Below are positions 51,353 through 60,127 of a stretch of 64,000 nt of DNA, in pieces. Each line of letters starts with the position of its first letter. Positions within the stretch are counted from its first letter, which is position 1. Made by a program: the position numbers and the translations under genes. This DNA is from a virus, in the IMG/VR virus record IMGVR_UViG_3300010883_000001, positions 81,182-145,181 of that record; one strand, 5' to 3'. The notes beneath the pieces were generated by a model. It did not search any database. It worked only from the letters and a program-made list of their open reading frames with translations, and was not told the origin of the DNA.

Positions 51353-51676
51353 TTACTCTTTTATATTGTGGGCAAACACATTTAGAATTCTATTGTTTAT
51401 GTAGACTTCGTATACATCATACCGCCACCATTCCCCCTTTTCAGATATTCGATCCGGCCGACCAATCATGGACAGGATTAAGCCACTTGAATTTTCTTTT
51501 ATAAGATAACTTTCTCCCGTATAATCATTCCATCCTGGAAATGATGATAGATCAATTTTTTCATATAACTTCATAAACCGATCGGTTGTAATATCACACG
51601 TCGAATAACCTTCACTAGTGAATGTATCATCATCAACATGTATTTTTATAACTTGCCCGGGCGAAAAAAATTTCAT
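51353..51676 (-). CDS. Hypothetical protein
   Basis: ORF. Confidence 0.55.
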   Translation of the reverse strand: MKFFSPGQVIKIHVDDDTFTSEGYSTCDITTDRFMKLYEKIDLSSFPGWNDYTGESYLIKENSSGLILSMIGRPDRISEKGEWWRYDVYEVYINNRILNVFAHNIKE

Positions 51677-51756
51677 AATTTTAAGTATTTGTGATAACCA
51701 TTTGTTGAATTGATGCTATTATAATCATAGACTACTTATAAGTAAGGGGAAAAATT

Positions 51757-51912
51757 ATGAAAACACCTATTGAAATAAACATAGAGAAGATTGATGAGAA
51801 AACTTTTATGATATTAGCATACCAAAATAAGCAACTGTGTATGCCGTCTGGTAAGTATTCTTCATATGAAAATGCGAGACATGCCTTACATTCATGGGGG
51901 TTAATTAATTAA
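51757..51912 (+). CDS. Small hypothetical protein (51 aa, not in ORF track)
   Basis: AAGGGG RBS; MKTPIEIN...SWGLIN*; abuts the next ATG. Confidence 0.5.
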   Translation: MKTPIEINIEKIDEKTFMILAYQNKQLCMPSGKYSSYENARHALHSWGLIN

Positions 51913-52149
51913 ATGTCTTATTTTAATGTAGGTGACGTTGTTAAGATGACGCGGCATGCATTAAAATTTCACAGAAAGCATAAATTAAATAATCCGGGTG
52001 AGTTTCCATGTATTGTTATCAGCAGATTTAGACGAACCACCACACCGGGGAAATGCATGGTAGATCTTTTATGTTCAAAGGACTCTATAATAGATGCATA
52101 TGCTGTTGATGATTTCGAGATTATATCAAAACACCAGGTTGTTAGATAA
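51913..52149 (+). CDS. Hypothetical protein
   Basis: ORF. Confidence 0.5.
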   Translation: MSYFNVGDVVKMTRHALKFHRKHKLNNPGEFPCIVISRFRRTTTPGKCMVDLLCSKDSIIDAYAVDDFEIISKHQVVR

Positions 52150-52180
52150 TTAAATATGATGCCTTATTGGAGACTTATAT

Positions 52181-52504
52181 ATGGTAAAAAAGTATAGTAA
52201 TAAGAATCAGCTTAGACGAGTAATTAGGAAAATAATCCTGGAACATGAGGATGTGTTTAAAGCATTGTCTGACTCCAGTAAGTATAATTTTGTGAGTCAC
52301 TCATTTGAGCCGATTGTAGGCGACAAGATCATTAACAACAATCCAAACTGTAAACATTACAGAAGTGAGGGAGTTGTCCTTTCAATAGATTCGCTTGCCG
52401 ATGATGTAGGAAAAACCGTTGAATACCAATGTACAAATGACGGTGACAACTGGGCATCTGGTGATGTTTTAGTAAAGACTATGGATCAACTGGCACCGGC
52501 CTAA
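52181..52504 (+). CDS. Hypothetical protein
   Basis: GGAG RBS; NQLRRVIRKIILE tag. Confidence 0.6.
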   Translation: MVKKYSNKNQLRRVIRKIILEHEDVFKALSDSSKYNFVSHSFEPIVGDKIINNNPNCKHYRSEGVVLSIDSLADDVGKTVEYQCTNDGDNWASGDVLVKTMDQLAPA

Positions 52505-52509
52505 AAATT

Positions 52510-53322
52510 ATGCAGACAGAAAAACTACCAAAAGTTCGTGGGTACCTAAAGCCGCTTTCATCATTTAAACATTTAAATGAATGGGAGGTAGTAGTAAATA
52601 GACTAATAGACTTACAGGCAAGAGGTATAGATTCACGTGGTGGCGAGATAAGCTGCAAGGTACCTGAGTTTTGCAGCAGTGAGGATGCGTTGGCCTTCGT
52701 GCAGACAGTAGCACAAAATTTTGAGTATCTATTGACTCATGAAGTTGATCGCTGGGATCTTTTTACGAGAAAAAATGCCCTAGATTTTATTGAAGATTTT
52801 GCAAACCATCGATTTTGGGGGATGTCGCAAGAGTATGAAGATTATTTCCCTGATATTTCTTCACTTAAGTTTTCACACTTTTATTCTCGCGGTGATGTTG
52901 AGCCATATGTTCTTCTGGATGAAAGCTATACGATGCAGCTTTATGGAAGCTTGCAGAACCATAAAAAATTATTACATTTTACCAATATGGATGGTTTAGC
53001 GAGGATCCAGAAATCGATTGAAGAGAATACCTCATTTGACGTATCTAGTTTTACCATTGCAAATAGACCTTTTTTTAGGGAAGACTCAAATATTATCGTA
53101 GAGTTTATTGGTAATGTTCGTGCCGGTTTTCGTAGTGACGTAAAGTCTTATGCTGTGGAGGGTGGCAGAAAGGCTTGTAACATGTATAGGCTGCAGTATC
53201 CTGGTCATGATAAAAACAATATTTGTTATGAGCTTGATAGTTGTGATGGATCTATAAAGACGTCTTTGTGGAATGAGTATATAGCAACCCCTATGGAAAT
53301 TATATCATATCATAAAAGATGA
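52510..53322 (+). CDS. Hypothetical protein
   Basis: 270-aa ORF. Confidence 0.6.
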   Translation: MQTEKLPKVRGYLKPLSSFKHLNEWEVVVNRLIDLQARGIDSRGGEISCKVPEFCSSEDALAFVQTVAQNFEYLLTHEVDRWDLFTRKNALDFIEDFANHRFWGMSQEYEDYFPDISSLKFSHFYSRGDVEPYVLLDESYTMQLYGSLQNHKKLLHFTNMDGLARIQKSIEENTSFDVSSFTIANRPFFREDSNIIVEFIGNVRAGFRSDVKSYAVEGGRKACNMYRLQYPGHDKNNICYELDSCDGSIKTSLWNEYIATPMEIISYHKR

Positions 53323-53327
53323 CTCCG

Positions 53328-53356
53328 ATGTACATCAGCATCCTCTAAAGTATATT
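53328..53356 (+). promoter_or_regulatory. Putative promoter ATGTAC-N17-TATATT upstream of pckA
   Basis: Repeated motif. Confidence 0.55.
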
Positions 53357-53384
53357 TCCATTGTATGTATAGGGGTTAATATCT

Positions 53385-54863
53385 ATGGAAATTTTAGAAC
53401 ACCAATCAAGAGATATATTGCTTAAGTGGGCAATAGATTATGAAGAAGCCAGAATTTCTAGTACCGGTGCATTAGTTGTTCAGACCGGTATACATACCGG
53501 CAGATCTGCCGGCGCAAAAAGAATTGTTTTTGATGAGATAACAAAAGATAAAGTCAATTGGAATGATAATAAAAAAATTATGCCAAATGACTTTCATGAG
53601 ATAAAATCTTCAATGTTAACCCGCCTAGATGTCGGTGAGGGTACGGTTTTTAAACAAGAGCTTTTTGCTAATAATGATACAAAGAACCAGCTTAAGTTGA
53701 ACGTTTATACTACGTTAGCATGGCACTCAATATTTTCGAAAAATATGTTTGTAGAAAAATCTGCTCTAGGGTTTCATGATAGCGACGCAGATGAGTGGGA
53801 TCTATATTATTTTCATGATCATCTTTCATCACCGAGTGTCTTAATTTCATTTACGGAAAAAGCAATATTGATATCTGGTACCATGTATGCTGGTGAAATG
53901 AAAAAATCTGTCTTTACTGTCTTAAATTTCTGTTTACCTAATAAAGGCGTTTTACCAATGCATTGCTCTGTCAATGTTAGCAAGGCTGGAGATTCTAGTG
54001 CAATATTTTTTGGTCTTTCCGGAACGGGAAAGACGACCCTAAGTTCTGACGTTAGGCGTGATCTTGTAGGCGATGATGAACATTCATGGTCGGATACTGG
54101 ATTATATAATTTTGAAGGGGGTTGTTACGCAAAAGTTATTAACCTGTCTAAGAGTGATGAACCGCAAATTTGGGATGCCGTAAATTCAGATTTTTCTATA
54201 CTTGAAAATGTTGTTTTTGGTAATGACGATACTCCTAATTTTGATGATGACTCCATTACGCAGAACACGCGTGGATCTTATCCAATATCATCTATAAGTA
54301 ATTTCGTCGAATCGTGTTCTGCCGGCCACCCTACGAACGTTATTATGTTGACATGTGATGCATTTGGTGTACTCCCTCCCGTTTCGAAGCTTTCATATGA
54401 TGATGCAATCTCTCATTTTCTTCTAGGGTATACGGCCAAGGTTGCTGGTACTGAAGTAGGAATAGTTGAGCCAGAAGTTACATTTTCTTATTGTTATGGT
54501 GCTCCCTTTATGCCATTATCTCCAGGTGTATATGGTGATCTATTACGAGATAAATTAGTGGAACATAATCCCAATTGCTGGTTGGTTAATACCGGATGGA
54601 CAGGCGGGCCTTACGGTGTGGGATCTAGGATGCCAATATCACTTACAAGAAGTATAATTGATGCTATTCATGATGGGACGTTGGCTAATTGTTCAACTAC
54701 CCTACATGACTATACGGGTTTACGGATCCCCGTGGGTCACGATTTAATAGAGCAAAATCTATTATTTCCGGAAAAGACGTGGAATGATAAAGAGATGTAT
54801 ATTGCGGAGGCAGCTGGCCTTATGACATTATTTGATCATAAGCGCCACTTTTTGAGAATCTAA
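53385..54863 (+). CDS. pckA: Phosphoenolpyruvate carboxykinase (ATP)
   Basis: TG.HTGRS, YAGEMKKSVF, LPMHCS, FFGLSGTGKTTLS, GDDEH, NFEGGCYAK, NTR..YP, LVNTGWTGG. Confidence 0.96.
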   Translation: MEILEHQSRDILLKWAIDYEEARISSTGALVVQTGIHTGRSAGAKRIVFDEITKDKVNWNDNKKIMPNDFHEIKSSMLTRLDVGEGTVFKQELFANNDTKNQLKLNVYTTLAWHSIFSKNMFVEKSALGFHDSDADEWDLYYFHDHLSSPSVLISFTEKAILISGTMYAGEMKKSVFTVLNFCLPNKGVLPMHCSVNVSKAGDSSAIFFGLSGTGKTTLSSDVRRDLVGDDEHSWSDTGLYNFEGGCYAKVINLSKSDEPQIWDAVNSDFSILENVVFGNDDTPNFDDDSITQNTRGSYPISSISNFVESCSAGHPTNVIMLTCDAFGVLPPVSKLSYDDAISHFLLGYTAKVAGTEVGIVEPEVTFSYCYGAPFMPLSPGVYGDLLRDKLVEHNPNCWLVNTGWTGGPYGVGSRMPISLTRSIIDAIHDGTLANCSTTLHDYTGLRIPVGHDLIEQNLLFPEKTWNDKEMYIAEAAGLMTLFDHKRHFLRI

Positions 54864-54871
54864 ATTTAATA

Positions 54872-54900
54872 TTGTAAAAACAATAGAATGCTCATATACT
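54872..54900 (+). promoter_or_regulatory. Putative promoter TTGTAA-N17-TATACT upstream of tRNA-Lys
   Basis: Repeated motif. Confidence 0.6.
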
Positions 54901-54915
54901 ATAAATTGGTTTCAC

Positions 54916-54988
54916 GGGTTGCTGGCGCAATTGGCAGCGCATCGGACTTTTAATCCGTTGGTTCCGGGTTCGAGTCCCGGGCGACCCA
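54916..54988 (+). tRNA. tRNA-Lys(UUU)
   Basis: Acceptor GGGTTGC/GCGACCC; anticodon loop CTTTTAA; T arm CCGGG-TTCGAGT-CCCGG; CCA not encoded. Confidence 0.93.
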
Positions 54989-55001
54989 CTACTAGGAGCA
55001 G

Positions 55002-55310
55002 TTGTTGTCACTACCAAAACTAGTCAGGGATAAAATACCTGAGATTATCAAAGAGTCAGGCCATGAACCCCAGATGCACCGAGCAATGCCTAAAGAGTTT
55101 AGCAATCTTTTGATTGAAAAGATGAAGGAGGAGTTAGCGGAGTTTGAAGAGAACCCGTGTTTGGATGAGGCGGCTGATATTTATGAGGTTTTTTTGGCCA
55201 TATTGGATAATTGGGGTATGAGTAGGGATTTGCTGGAGATGGTGGCGAAGAGCAAGAGAGACATTCGGGGTGCATTTAAAAAAGGTATTGTCTTGGAGAA
55301 AGTTTTATGA
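55002..55310 (+). CDS. MazG-like / phosphoribosyl-ATP pyrophosphohydrolase-like NTP pyrophosphatase
   Basis: KLVRDKIPEII, KMKEELAEF, DEAADIYEV, KRDIRGAF. Confidence 0.8.
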   Translation: MLSLPKLVRDKIPEIIKESGHEPQMHRAMPKEFSNLLIEKMKEELAEFEENPCLDEAADIYEVFLAILDNWGMSRDLLEMVAKSKRDIRGAFKKGIVLEKVL

Positions 55311-55328
55311 GATATCATTTAGAAGTAA

Positions 55329-55523
55329 TTGCACATGGTAAGCCAGGTTATTATGAAGCTGATTCTTTGTTCTATTTGTTTTGGGGAGTGTTTGTCCACC
55401 GGACTCAACACCTGCTTAAGCATGGGAAGTGGATGGACTAGTGATAGAATTATTCGCGACAGTATGCCTAACGTTTGTCCTGTGGTTAGGATTAAAAGAT
55501 GCAATAAGCGTTATGGAAAATAA
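55329..55523 (+). CDS. Small Cys-rich hypothetical protein
   Basis: Short ORF; start uncertain. Confidence 0.3.
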   Translation: MHMVSQVIMKLILCSICFGECLSTGLNTCLSMGSGWTSDRIIRDSMPNVCPVVRIKRCNKRYGK

Positions 55524-55544
55524 AGATAAAGATAAAGATAAAGA
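55521..55544 (+). repeat. (TAAAGA)x4 tandem repeat
   Basis: Directly visible. Confidence 0.85.
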
Positions 55545-55548
55545 ATAA

Positions 55549-55621
55549 GGCTGTGTGGCGCAATTGCCAGCGCATCGGACTTTTGATCCGTTGGTTCCGA
55601 GTTTAAGTCTCGGGTGCTACA
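55549..55621 (+). pseudogene. Degenerate copy of tRNA-Lys(UUU)
   Basis: Core nearly identical to 54916-54988, but the acceptor stem is unpaired, D-loop GG>GC, A37>G, T-loop TTC>TTT. Confidence 0.8.
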
Positions 55622-55676
55622 CTATTTTACAAAGTCCTATTAAAAATAGGCAAATCTTAAAAGAAAGGAGAATATT

Positions 55677-55889
55677 ATGAAAGAACTATTATTTTTGATT
55701 GTATTGGCATCTTGCGTTGCATTAGGCTTTGCGGGGTGTGATGATGAAACAGACGTACCGGTTGTGGACGCCGGTGGAGAAGTAACAGCATCTGATGCTG
55801 GTGGTAGCGATACCACAGATTCAGAGTCTGAGACCGATAGTGGTGGTACTGATGCAGCAAAAGCTGCTGATGGATCTGAAGTAGAATAA
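55677..55889 (+). CDS. Small acidic lipoprotein
   Basis: AAGGAG RBS; lipobox FAGC; D/S/G-rich tail. Confidence 0.65.
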   Translation: MKELLFLIVLASCVALGFAGCDDETDVPVVDAGGEVTASDAGGSDTTDSESETDSGGTDAAKAADGSEVE

Positions 55890-55893
55890 TACA

Positions 55894-55924
55894 ACTCGGT
55901 TTTCGGATCCTTCTAAAACCGAGT
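55894..55924 (+). other. 10-bp inverted repeat ACTCGGTTTT-N11-AAAACCGAGT just before tRNA-Leu
   Basis: Perfect stem visible. Confidence 0.6.
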
Positions 55925-55926
55925 AT

Positions 55927-56009
55927 GGCTGGGTGGTGGAATTGGTATACACAGCAGACTTAAAATCTGCCGGTTTTAGACCTTACGGGTTCGAGTCCCG
56001 TCCCAGCTA
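55927..56009 (+). tRNA. tRNA-Leu(UAA)
   Basis: GGCTGGG/CCCAGCT acceptor; GCAGA-CTTAAAA-TCTGC; long variable arm; ACGGG-TTCGAGT-CCCGT. Confidence 0.93.
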
Positions 56010-56032
56010 CTACTAAAGAAAGAGAAAAGAAT

Positions 56033-56248
56033 ATGAAGGATAGTCTACTATTAGACGCCGCGATCGCTTACTATGAATCTCAGAAAGCTGAGGCATTGGC
56101 AATACTTCAAGTTTATTTTTTAAACCCTGTTGGGATTGGCGATCACTCGAATCTCTTAGGCGAGATTAAGAAGTGGACGTCTATTCTTACTGAGGCGGAA
56201 GATAATTTGAAAACGTTAAATAAACATTTCCCTAAGGGAAAGAAATAA
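56033..56248 (+). CDS. Hypothetical protein
   Basis: ORF with NPVGIGDH. Confidence 0.6.
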   Translation: MKDSLLLDAAIAYYESQKAEALAILQVYFLNPVGIGDHSNLLGEIKKWTSILTEAEDNLKTLNKHFPKGKK

Positions 56249-56279
56249 TAATCATAGTATATAGTTGGACTGTGTTTGA

Positions 56280-57158
56280 ATGAAAAATAATTTTAAGAGT
56301 ATCATGCAAAATTATAACAATTCTCTTGATAGAGACTTTAGCTTTGTACAGCTTGGTTGTAATGATGGTAAGATGGCAGATCCTATTTTCGAGCTCATAT
56401 ATGAGAATGGGTGGAATAACGGATTATTTGTAGACGCTGACATACATTACCTGCGAGAGGCACAGGCACTTTATAACCATACATGTCCTGGGCGTGATTT
56501 TACTTTTGCGAATGTAGGAATGGTAACTTTTTCTGATAGAGAAATTCAAAATACTAATTTGAGGAAGTTTTTTTCAATAAATCCTGATGTATTAATTCCA
56601 AAGCTTGTCCAGCATGGTGATGATTATTTTTGGGTGTATGGTACGGAACCCATAAAGCTTACCAATAATCCTCTTCTCGAGTTAATGCCCGGATTCAGCG
56701 TTGATGTTATAAATAGTCCCTTGAATTATTTGCAAGGTGTGGGAAGCTTTGACTATGATTTTGTGTTAGATCATTTTCGAAACATTATTTCAAAAGGAAT
56801 AAATGAAGATGGAAGGCCAGATATTTCCGCGTACATTGCCCGAAATCTTTTTACCGAGGATACTCTAGAACACAGAAAGTATATAAAGATGCAGATTGTT
56901 CCCGTTATGACCTTAAATGAGATTCTTTGTTTTAAAGAGTTTGAAAATATAGATTTGCTTCAGACTGACTTAGAGACCTGGGATGTAAAAATTCTTGCAG
57001 ACTTGGATAAATTTTCGCACAAGCCAAAATTTATACATTTTGAGGCTCCAGGTGCCCATGGTGGGGTTGATAAGTCATTGAGAAGTAAGTTTAAAGAGTG
57101 TGGGTATAGTCTCAATAAGATGAATGATACTCGAGATTATCTAGCAGAGTTACTATAG
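56280..57158 (+). CDS. FkbM-family methyltransferase-like protein
   Basis: FVQLGCNDG..ADP; IDLLQTDLETWDVKIL; PKFIHFE. Confidence 0.65.
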   Translation: MKNNFKSIMQNYNNSLDRDFSFVQLGCNDGKMADPIFELIYENGWNNGLFVDADIHYLREAQALYNHTCPGRDFTFANVGMVTFSDREIQNTNLRKFFSINPDVLIPKLVQHGDDYFWVYGTEPIKLTNNPLLELMPGFSVDVINSPLNYLQGVGSFDYDFVLDHFRNIISKGINEDGRPDISAYIARNLFTEDTLEHRKYIKMQIVPVMTLNEILCFKEFENIDLLQTDLETWDVKILADLDKFSHKPKFIHFEAPGAHGGVDKSLRSKFKECGYSLNKMNDTRDYLAELL

Positions 57159-57205
57159 GTTTAAAAACAAACTCAGATGCTCTACTGAGTTTTAAGGAGG
57201 TTAAA

Positions 57206-57643
57206 ATGAGCAAGGTTATTGTTGAAGGAAGCGTTGTGAGTGTTCATTATCGAGGTACGCTCAATGATGGATCACAGTTTGATAGTTCGTATGACAGGGA
57301 TGAGCCAATTGGTTTTACGGTAGGTTCCGGTCATATGATTTCTGGATTTGAAGATAATGTTTTAGGTATGAGCGCAGGAGAAAAAAAGACTATAGTGCTT
57401 AAGCCAGAATCGGCATATGGTGATAGAGATGAAACCAGGATTCAGGAGATTAATAAGTCAAATTTTCCTCCGGATTTTAAGTTTATTGAGGGTGCATTTG
57501 TGCATGGTGAGACCATGAATGGCGAAGAGATTTTGGGTAAGATCACCGGTGAAAAGGAAGATGATATTGTTGTTATTGATTTCAATCATCCATTAGCCGG
57601 CCTTGAGTTGAATTTTGAAATTGAGGTTGTTGGAGTGCAATAA
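57206..57643 (+). CDS. FKBP-type peptidyl-prolyl isomerase (SlyD/FkpB-like)
   Basis: VHYRGTLNDGSQFDSS, GFE, AYG, DFNHPLAG..LNFEIEV. Confidence 0.93.
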   Translation: MSKVIVEGSVVSVHYRGTLNDGSQFDSSYDRDEPIGFTVGSGHMISGFEDNVLGMSAGEKKTIVLKPESAYGDRDETRIQEINKSNFPPDFKFIEGAFVHGETMNGEEILGKITGEKEDDIVVIDFNHPLAGLELNFEIEVVGVQ

Positions 57644-57683
57644 TTTTATGACCTTAGGGTATGTCAATAAACTATCCTAATAT

Positions 57684-57757
<74 letters not shown>

Positions 57758-57762
57758 CAAAT

Positions 57763-57835
57763 GCTGACGTAGCTCAATTGGAAGAGCTCCTGATTTGTAA
57801 TCAGGGGGTTGGGAGTTCGAATCTCCTCGTCAGCT
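57763..57835 (+). tRNA. tRNA-Thr(UGU)
   Basis: GCTGACG/CGTCAGC; CCTGA-TTTGTAA-TCAGG; GGGAG-TTCGAAT-CTCCT. Confidence 0.93.
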
Positions 57836-57860
57836 TATAATCTATATACTAGGAGGGGAA

Positions 57861-58106
57861 ATGGCACGACCAGGAAATTTTTATCTAACATATAAAGAGC
57901 AGGAACAGTTACTAAGAACGCTTAAGTGGGTTAAGGTGGCAACAGTATCCAATTCTTTTCCTATCGAGCTGGATAGTATTATAGAGAAAATAGGGACTTA
58001 TATTTCTTATTTGAATGAAGAAACCTATGATCCTGTAGCTCCGGATATTACTAAAGAAGTACTAGATGAATTAGTCAGTGCTTATGGTGAAGAAAACTCT
58101 GATTAG
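57861..58106 (+). CDS. Hypothetical protein
   Basis: AGGAGG RBS. Confidence 0.6.
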   Translation: MARPGNFYLTYKEQEQLLRTLKWVKVATVSNSFPIELDSIIEKIGTYISYLNEETYDPVAPDITKEVLDELVSAYGEENSD

Positions 58107-58162
58107 TCGTCACAAAACCCTGAGTATCTACTAGTTAAAATTAGGTAATAGAGGGGTTTGTT

Positions 58163-58417
58163 ATGATAAGGTTTATTTTTGCTACTATATTTGTCTTTTT
58201 TTTGACGTCGCCTGTTGTGATTGCACAGGATAACCCCACCGGGACTAAGACTAAATTTTATAATTTTGATGATTTATTAATAAATGGCCAATATAAGAAA
58301 CCTCAGGTTCTTTATACTGACGCCCGTCAAAAGGTGAAGTTTGAGAGACTTCTGAAGTTAAAGAAAGACTTTTTGCCAAAACTAAAGGCCACACATAAGG
58401 ATCACTCTTTAAGATAG
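58163..58417 (+). CDS. Secreted protein resembling myxobacterial gliding protein CglF/GltF
   Basis: Signal peptide, then YNFDDLLINGQYKKPQVLY..AR....FERLLKLKKDFLPKL. Confidence 0.6.
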   Translation: MIRFIFATIFVFFLTSPVVIAQDNPTGTKTKFYNFDDLLINGQYKKPQVLYTDARQKVKFERLLKLKKDFLPKLKATHKDHSLR

Positions 58418-58419
58418 TT

Positions 58420-59376
58420 TTATTGGACCTTTACGGTAACAATATCATCAGGATCTAGATCCATCCCGAATATAATATCACATGCGGCTTCACCACCTGA
58501 GACGTCCAGTTGATAATCTGCATCAGACGCCGCCAGCTCTCCGCTAGATCCAGTGATCATTAATACACCATTCAAGAAAACATCAACTCTTTTTGATCTA
58601 GCAACACCGGAGATGATGCTGACGTTGAAGCTAAGCCCAGTACCGGTACCGGCTGCTAGCCCACCCCCTCCAATAGTGCCAGAAACTTTTTGATAAGATC
58701 TACCAGACAATACCGCACCTAATATTGACGTAAATCCTTGACCGACCATGTCGCTCCACTCTGTCGCATTATTACTGAGTCTAATTCCCTTTGTCTTATC
58801 AGTCCACGTAGAGCTCTGTATATTTCCGTCTATAAAATACAGACCATGTGTTGATGCAGAGATAACCAAGTTATTTGTTTCGTATGCTAGTGTATTTGAG
58901 TATAGTGCACCTGATACAACTAAATCGCCACCAAAGACAGAGGTACCCACTGTTGTAGTTTTTGCCGATCCAGTAGATCCTGAAACCCAAAAGTTATTAT
59001 CACTTCCTGCGCCACTGTTCGCCCCAAAGTAAACACTATCATTACTAGTATCGACAAATAACGCATGTGTGTTATTGTCACTTTCTACTCGTAGGTCTCC
59101 CCCAAAATATCCTGCTCCTGAGACATGAAGTGTTTGGTTTGATAAGAGGACAAACTTATTTTCTGAGCCCATGGGCTTAAAGACTGCGGGTGCTTCCCAC
59201 CAGTTCGATGATACATCATCAAAATTATTCAGTCTTCTAATCGAAGAGCCCATTTCATCAAGTACATGTTGCAGATCTCTTAGGCCTGGTATGGTCGCGA
59301 AAGATGAGCCTGAGCTAACCGGCAATGTTCCTGTGATAAAATGTGTTCTTGCTTGCGTTCTAGAAGGGCGAGACAT
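58420..59376 (-). CDS. Virion structural/fibre-like protein
   Basis: G/S/T-rich beta-type repeats (VSGS, FGGDL) and a VDVFLNGVL C-terminal module. Confidence 0.55.
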   Translation of the reverse strand: MSRPSRTQARTHFITGTLPVSSGSSFATIPGLRDLQHVLDEMGSSIRRLNNFDDVSSNWWEAPAVFKPMGSENKFVLLSNQTLHVSGAGYFGGDLRVESDNNTHALFVDTSNDSVYFGANSGAGSDNNFWVSGSTGSAKTTTVGTSVFGGDLVVSGALYSNTLAYETNNLVISASTHGLYFIDGNIQSSTWTDKTKGIRLSNNATEWSDMVGQGFTSILGAVLSGRSYQKVSGTIGGGGLAAGTGTGLSFNVSIISGVARSKRVDVFLNGVLMITGSSGELAASDADYQLDVSGGEAACDIIFGMDLDPDDIVTVKVQ

Positions 59377-59554
59377 ACTTTACTTCCTTTCTTTTACTAT
59401 CTTTCTTTTGCGCAACAAAAATAAAAAAATAAAGTAATGAAAGGAAATAATCGTAAGACGATAAACGAACTAACGTTTGCTAAATATTGCCTATTATAAG
59501 ATTATTTTTCTGAAATTTGAACATGCTGACTTATAACGTTAGAATATTTCTTAG

Positions 59555-59628
59555 GGGCCTCTAGCTCAATAGGTTAGAGCATCCGGCTCATAACCGGCAG
59601 GTTCGCGGTTCAAGTCCGCGGAGGCCCA
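59555..59628 (+). tRNA. tRNA with CAU anticodon, probably tRNA-Ile2 (lysidine)
   Basis: GGGCCTC/GAGGCCC (paired 1:72, C4-G69, C5-G68); CCGG-CTCATAA-CCGG; lacks the initiator GGG/CCC anticodon stem. Confidence 0.85.
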
Positions 59629-59648
59629 CTATTTTTAGGAGTTAATTA

Positions 59649-59810
59649 ATGGCAAGGTCAAAGAGAGCAGCCCCGGGGCAAACGAGAAAAAAGACATGTC
59701 AAGGAAATGGAAGATATTCTGCATTTCCGCAAAAGGGTAGTGCATGCGCGACCGGTGGTCGGTCGGCTAAGAAATATAGGAAGAGATATAGGGGTCAAGG
59801 AAAGAAATAG
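59649..59810 (+). CDS. Small basic protein ending KKYRKRYRGQGKK (53 aa, not in ORF track)
   Basis: AGGAG RBS; YRGQG terminus as seen in small phage proteins. Confidence 0.7.
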   Translation: MARSKRAAPGQTRKKTCQGNGRYSAFPQKGSACATGGRSAKKYRKRYRGQGKK

Positions 59811-60008
59811 ATGATTCGTCTGTTGTTAATATCAACATTAGTTTTGTGTTGTATTACATGTAATGACGAAAAGTCAGATGAGTTACAATGCAGATCAGAT
59901 ATGAAGTATATGTGTAAGGAGTGGATTGAAGATTGTGACAATTCAAGATGTGATGAAGAAGATTATCAAAAAAACTGTAAACTACATATAATTTTTATAT
60001 GTGAATAA
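59811..60008 (+). CDS. Small Cys-rich putative lipoprotein
   Basis: Hydrophobic leader ending in Cys. Confidence 0.45.
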   Translation: MIRLLLISTLVLCCITCNDEKSDELQCRSDMKYMCKEWIEDCDNSRCDEEDYQKNCKLHIIFICE

Positions 60009-60023
60009 TACACTTTATGAAAT

Positions 60024-60052
60024 GTGTACATTTGTTATATTATGTCTACATT
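60024..60052 (+). promoter_or_regulatory. Putative promoter GTGTAC-N17-TACATT upstream of hsp20
   Basis: Repeated motif. Confidence 0.55.
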
Positions 60053-60127
60053 TTATATAGTTGAGTTGATCGCCATACTGGGGTTGCTGAACCAATATAT
60101 AATCTTGCTTTAATATAAGGAGAAATT

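Noticed and set aside
59555-59628. Initiator tRNA-fMet
   Set aside because: The 1:72 pair is Watson-Crick and the three consecutive G-C pairs of the initiator anticodon stem are missing
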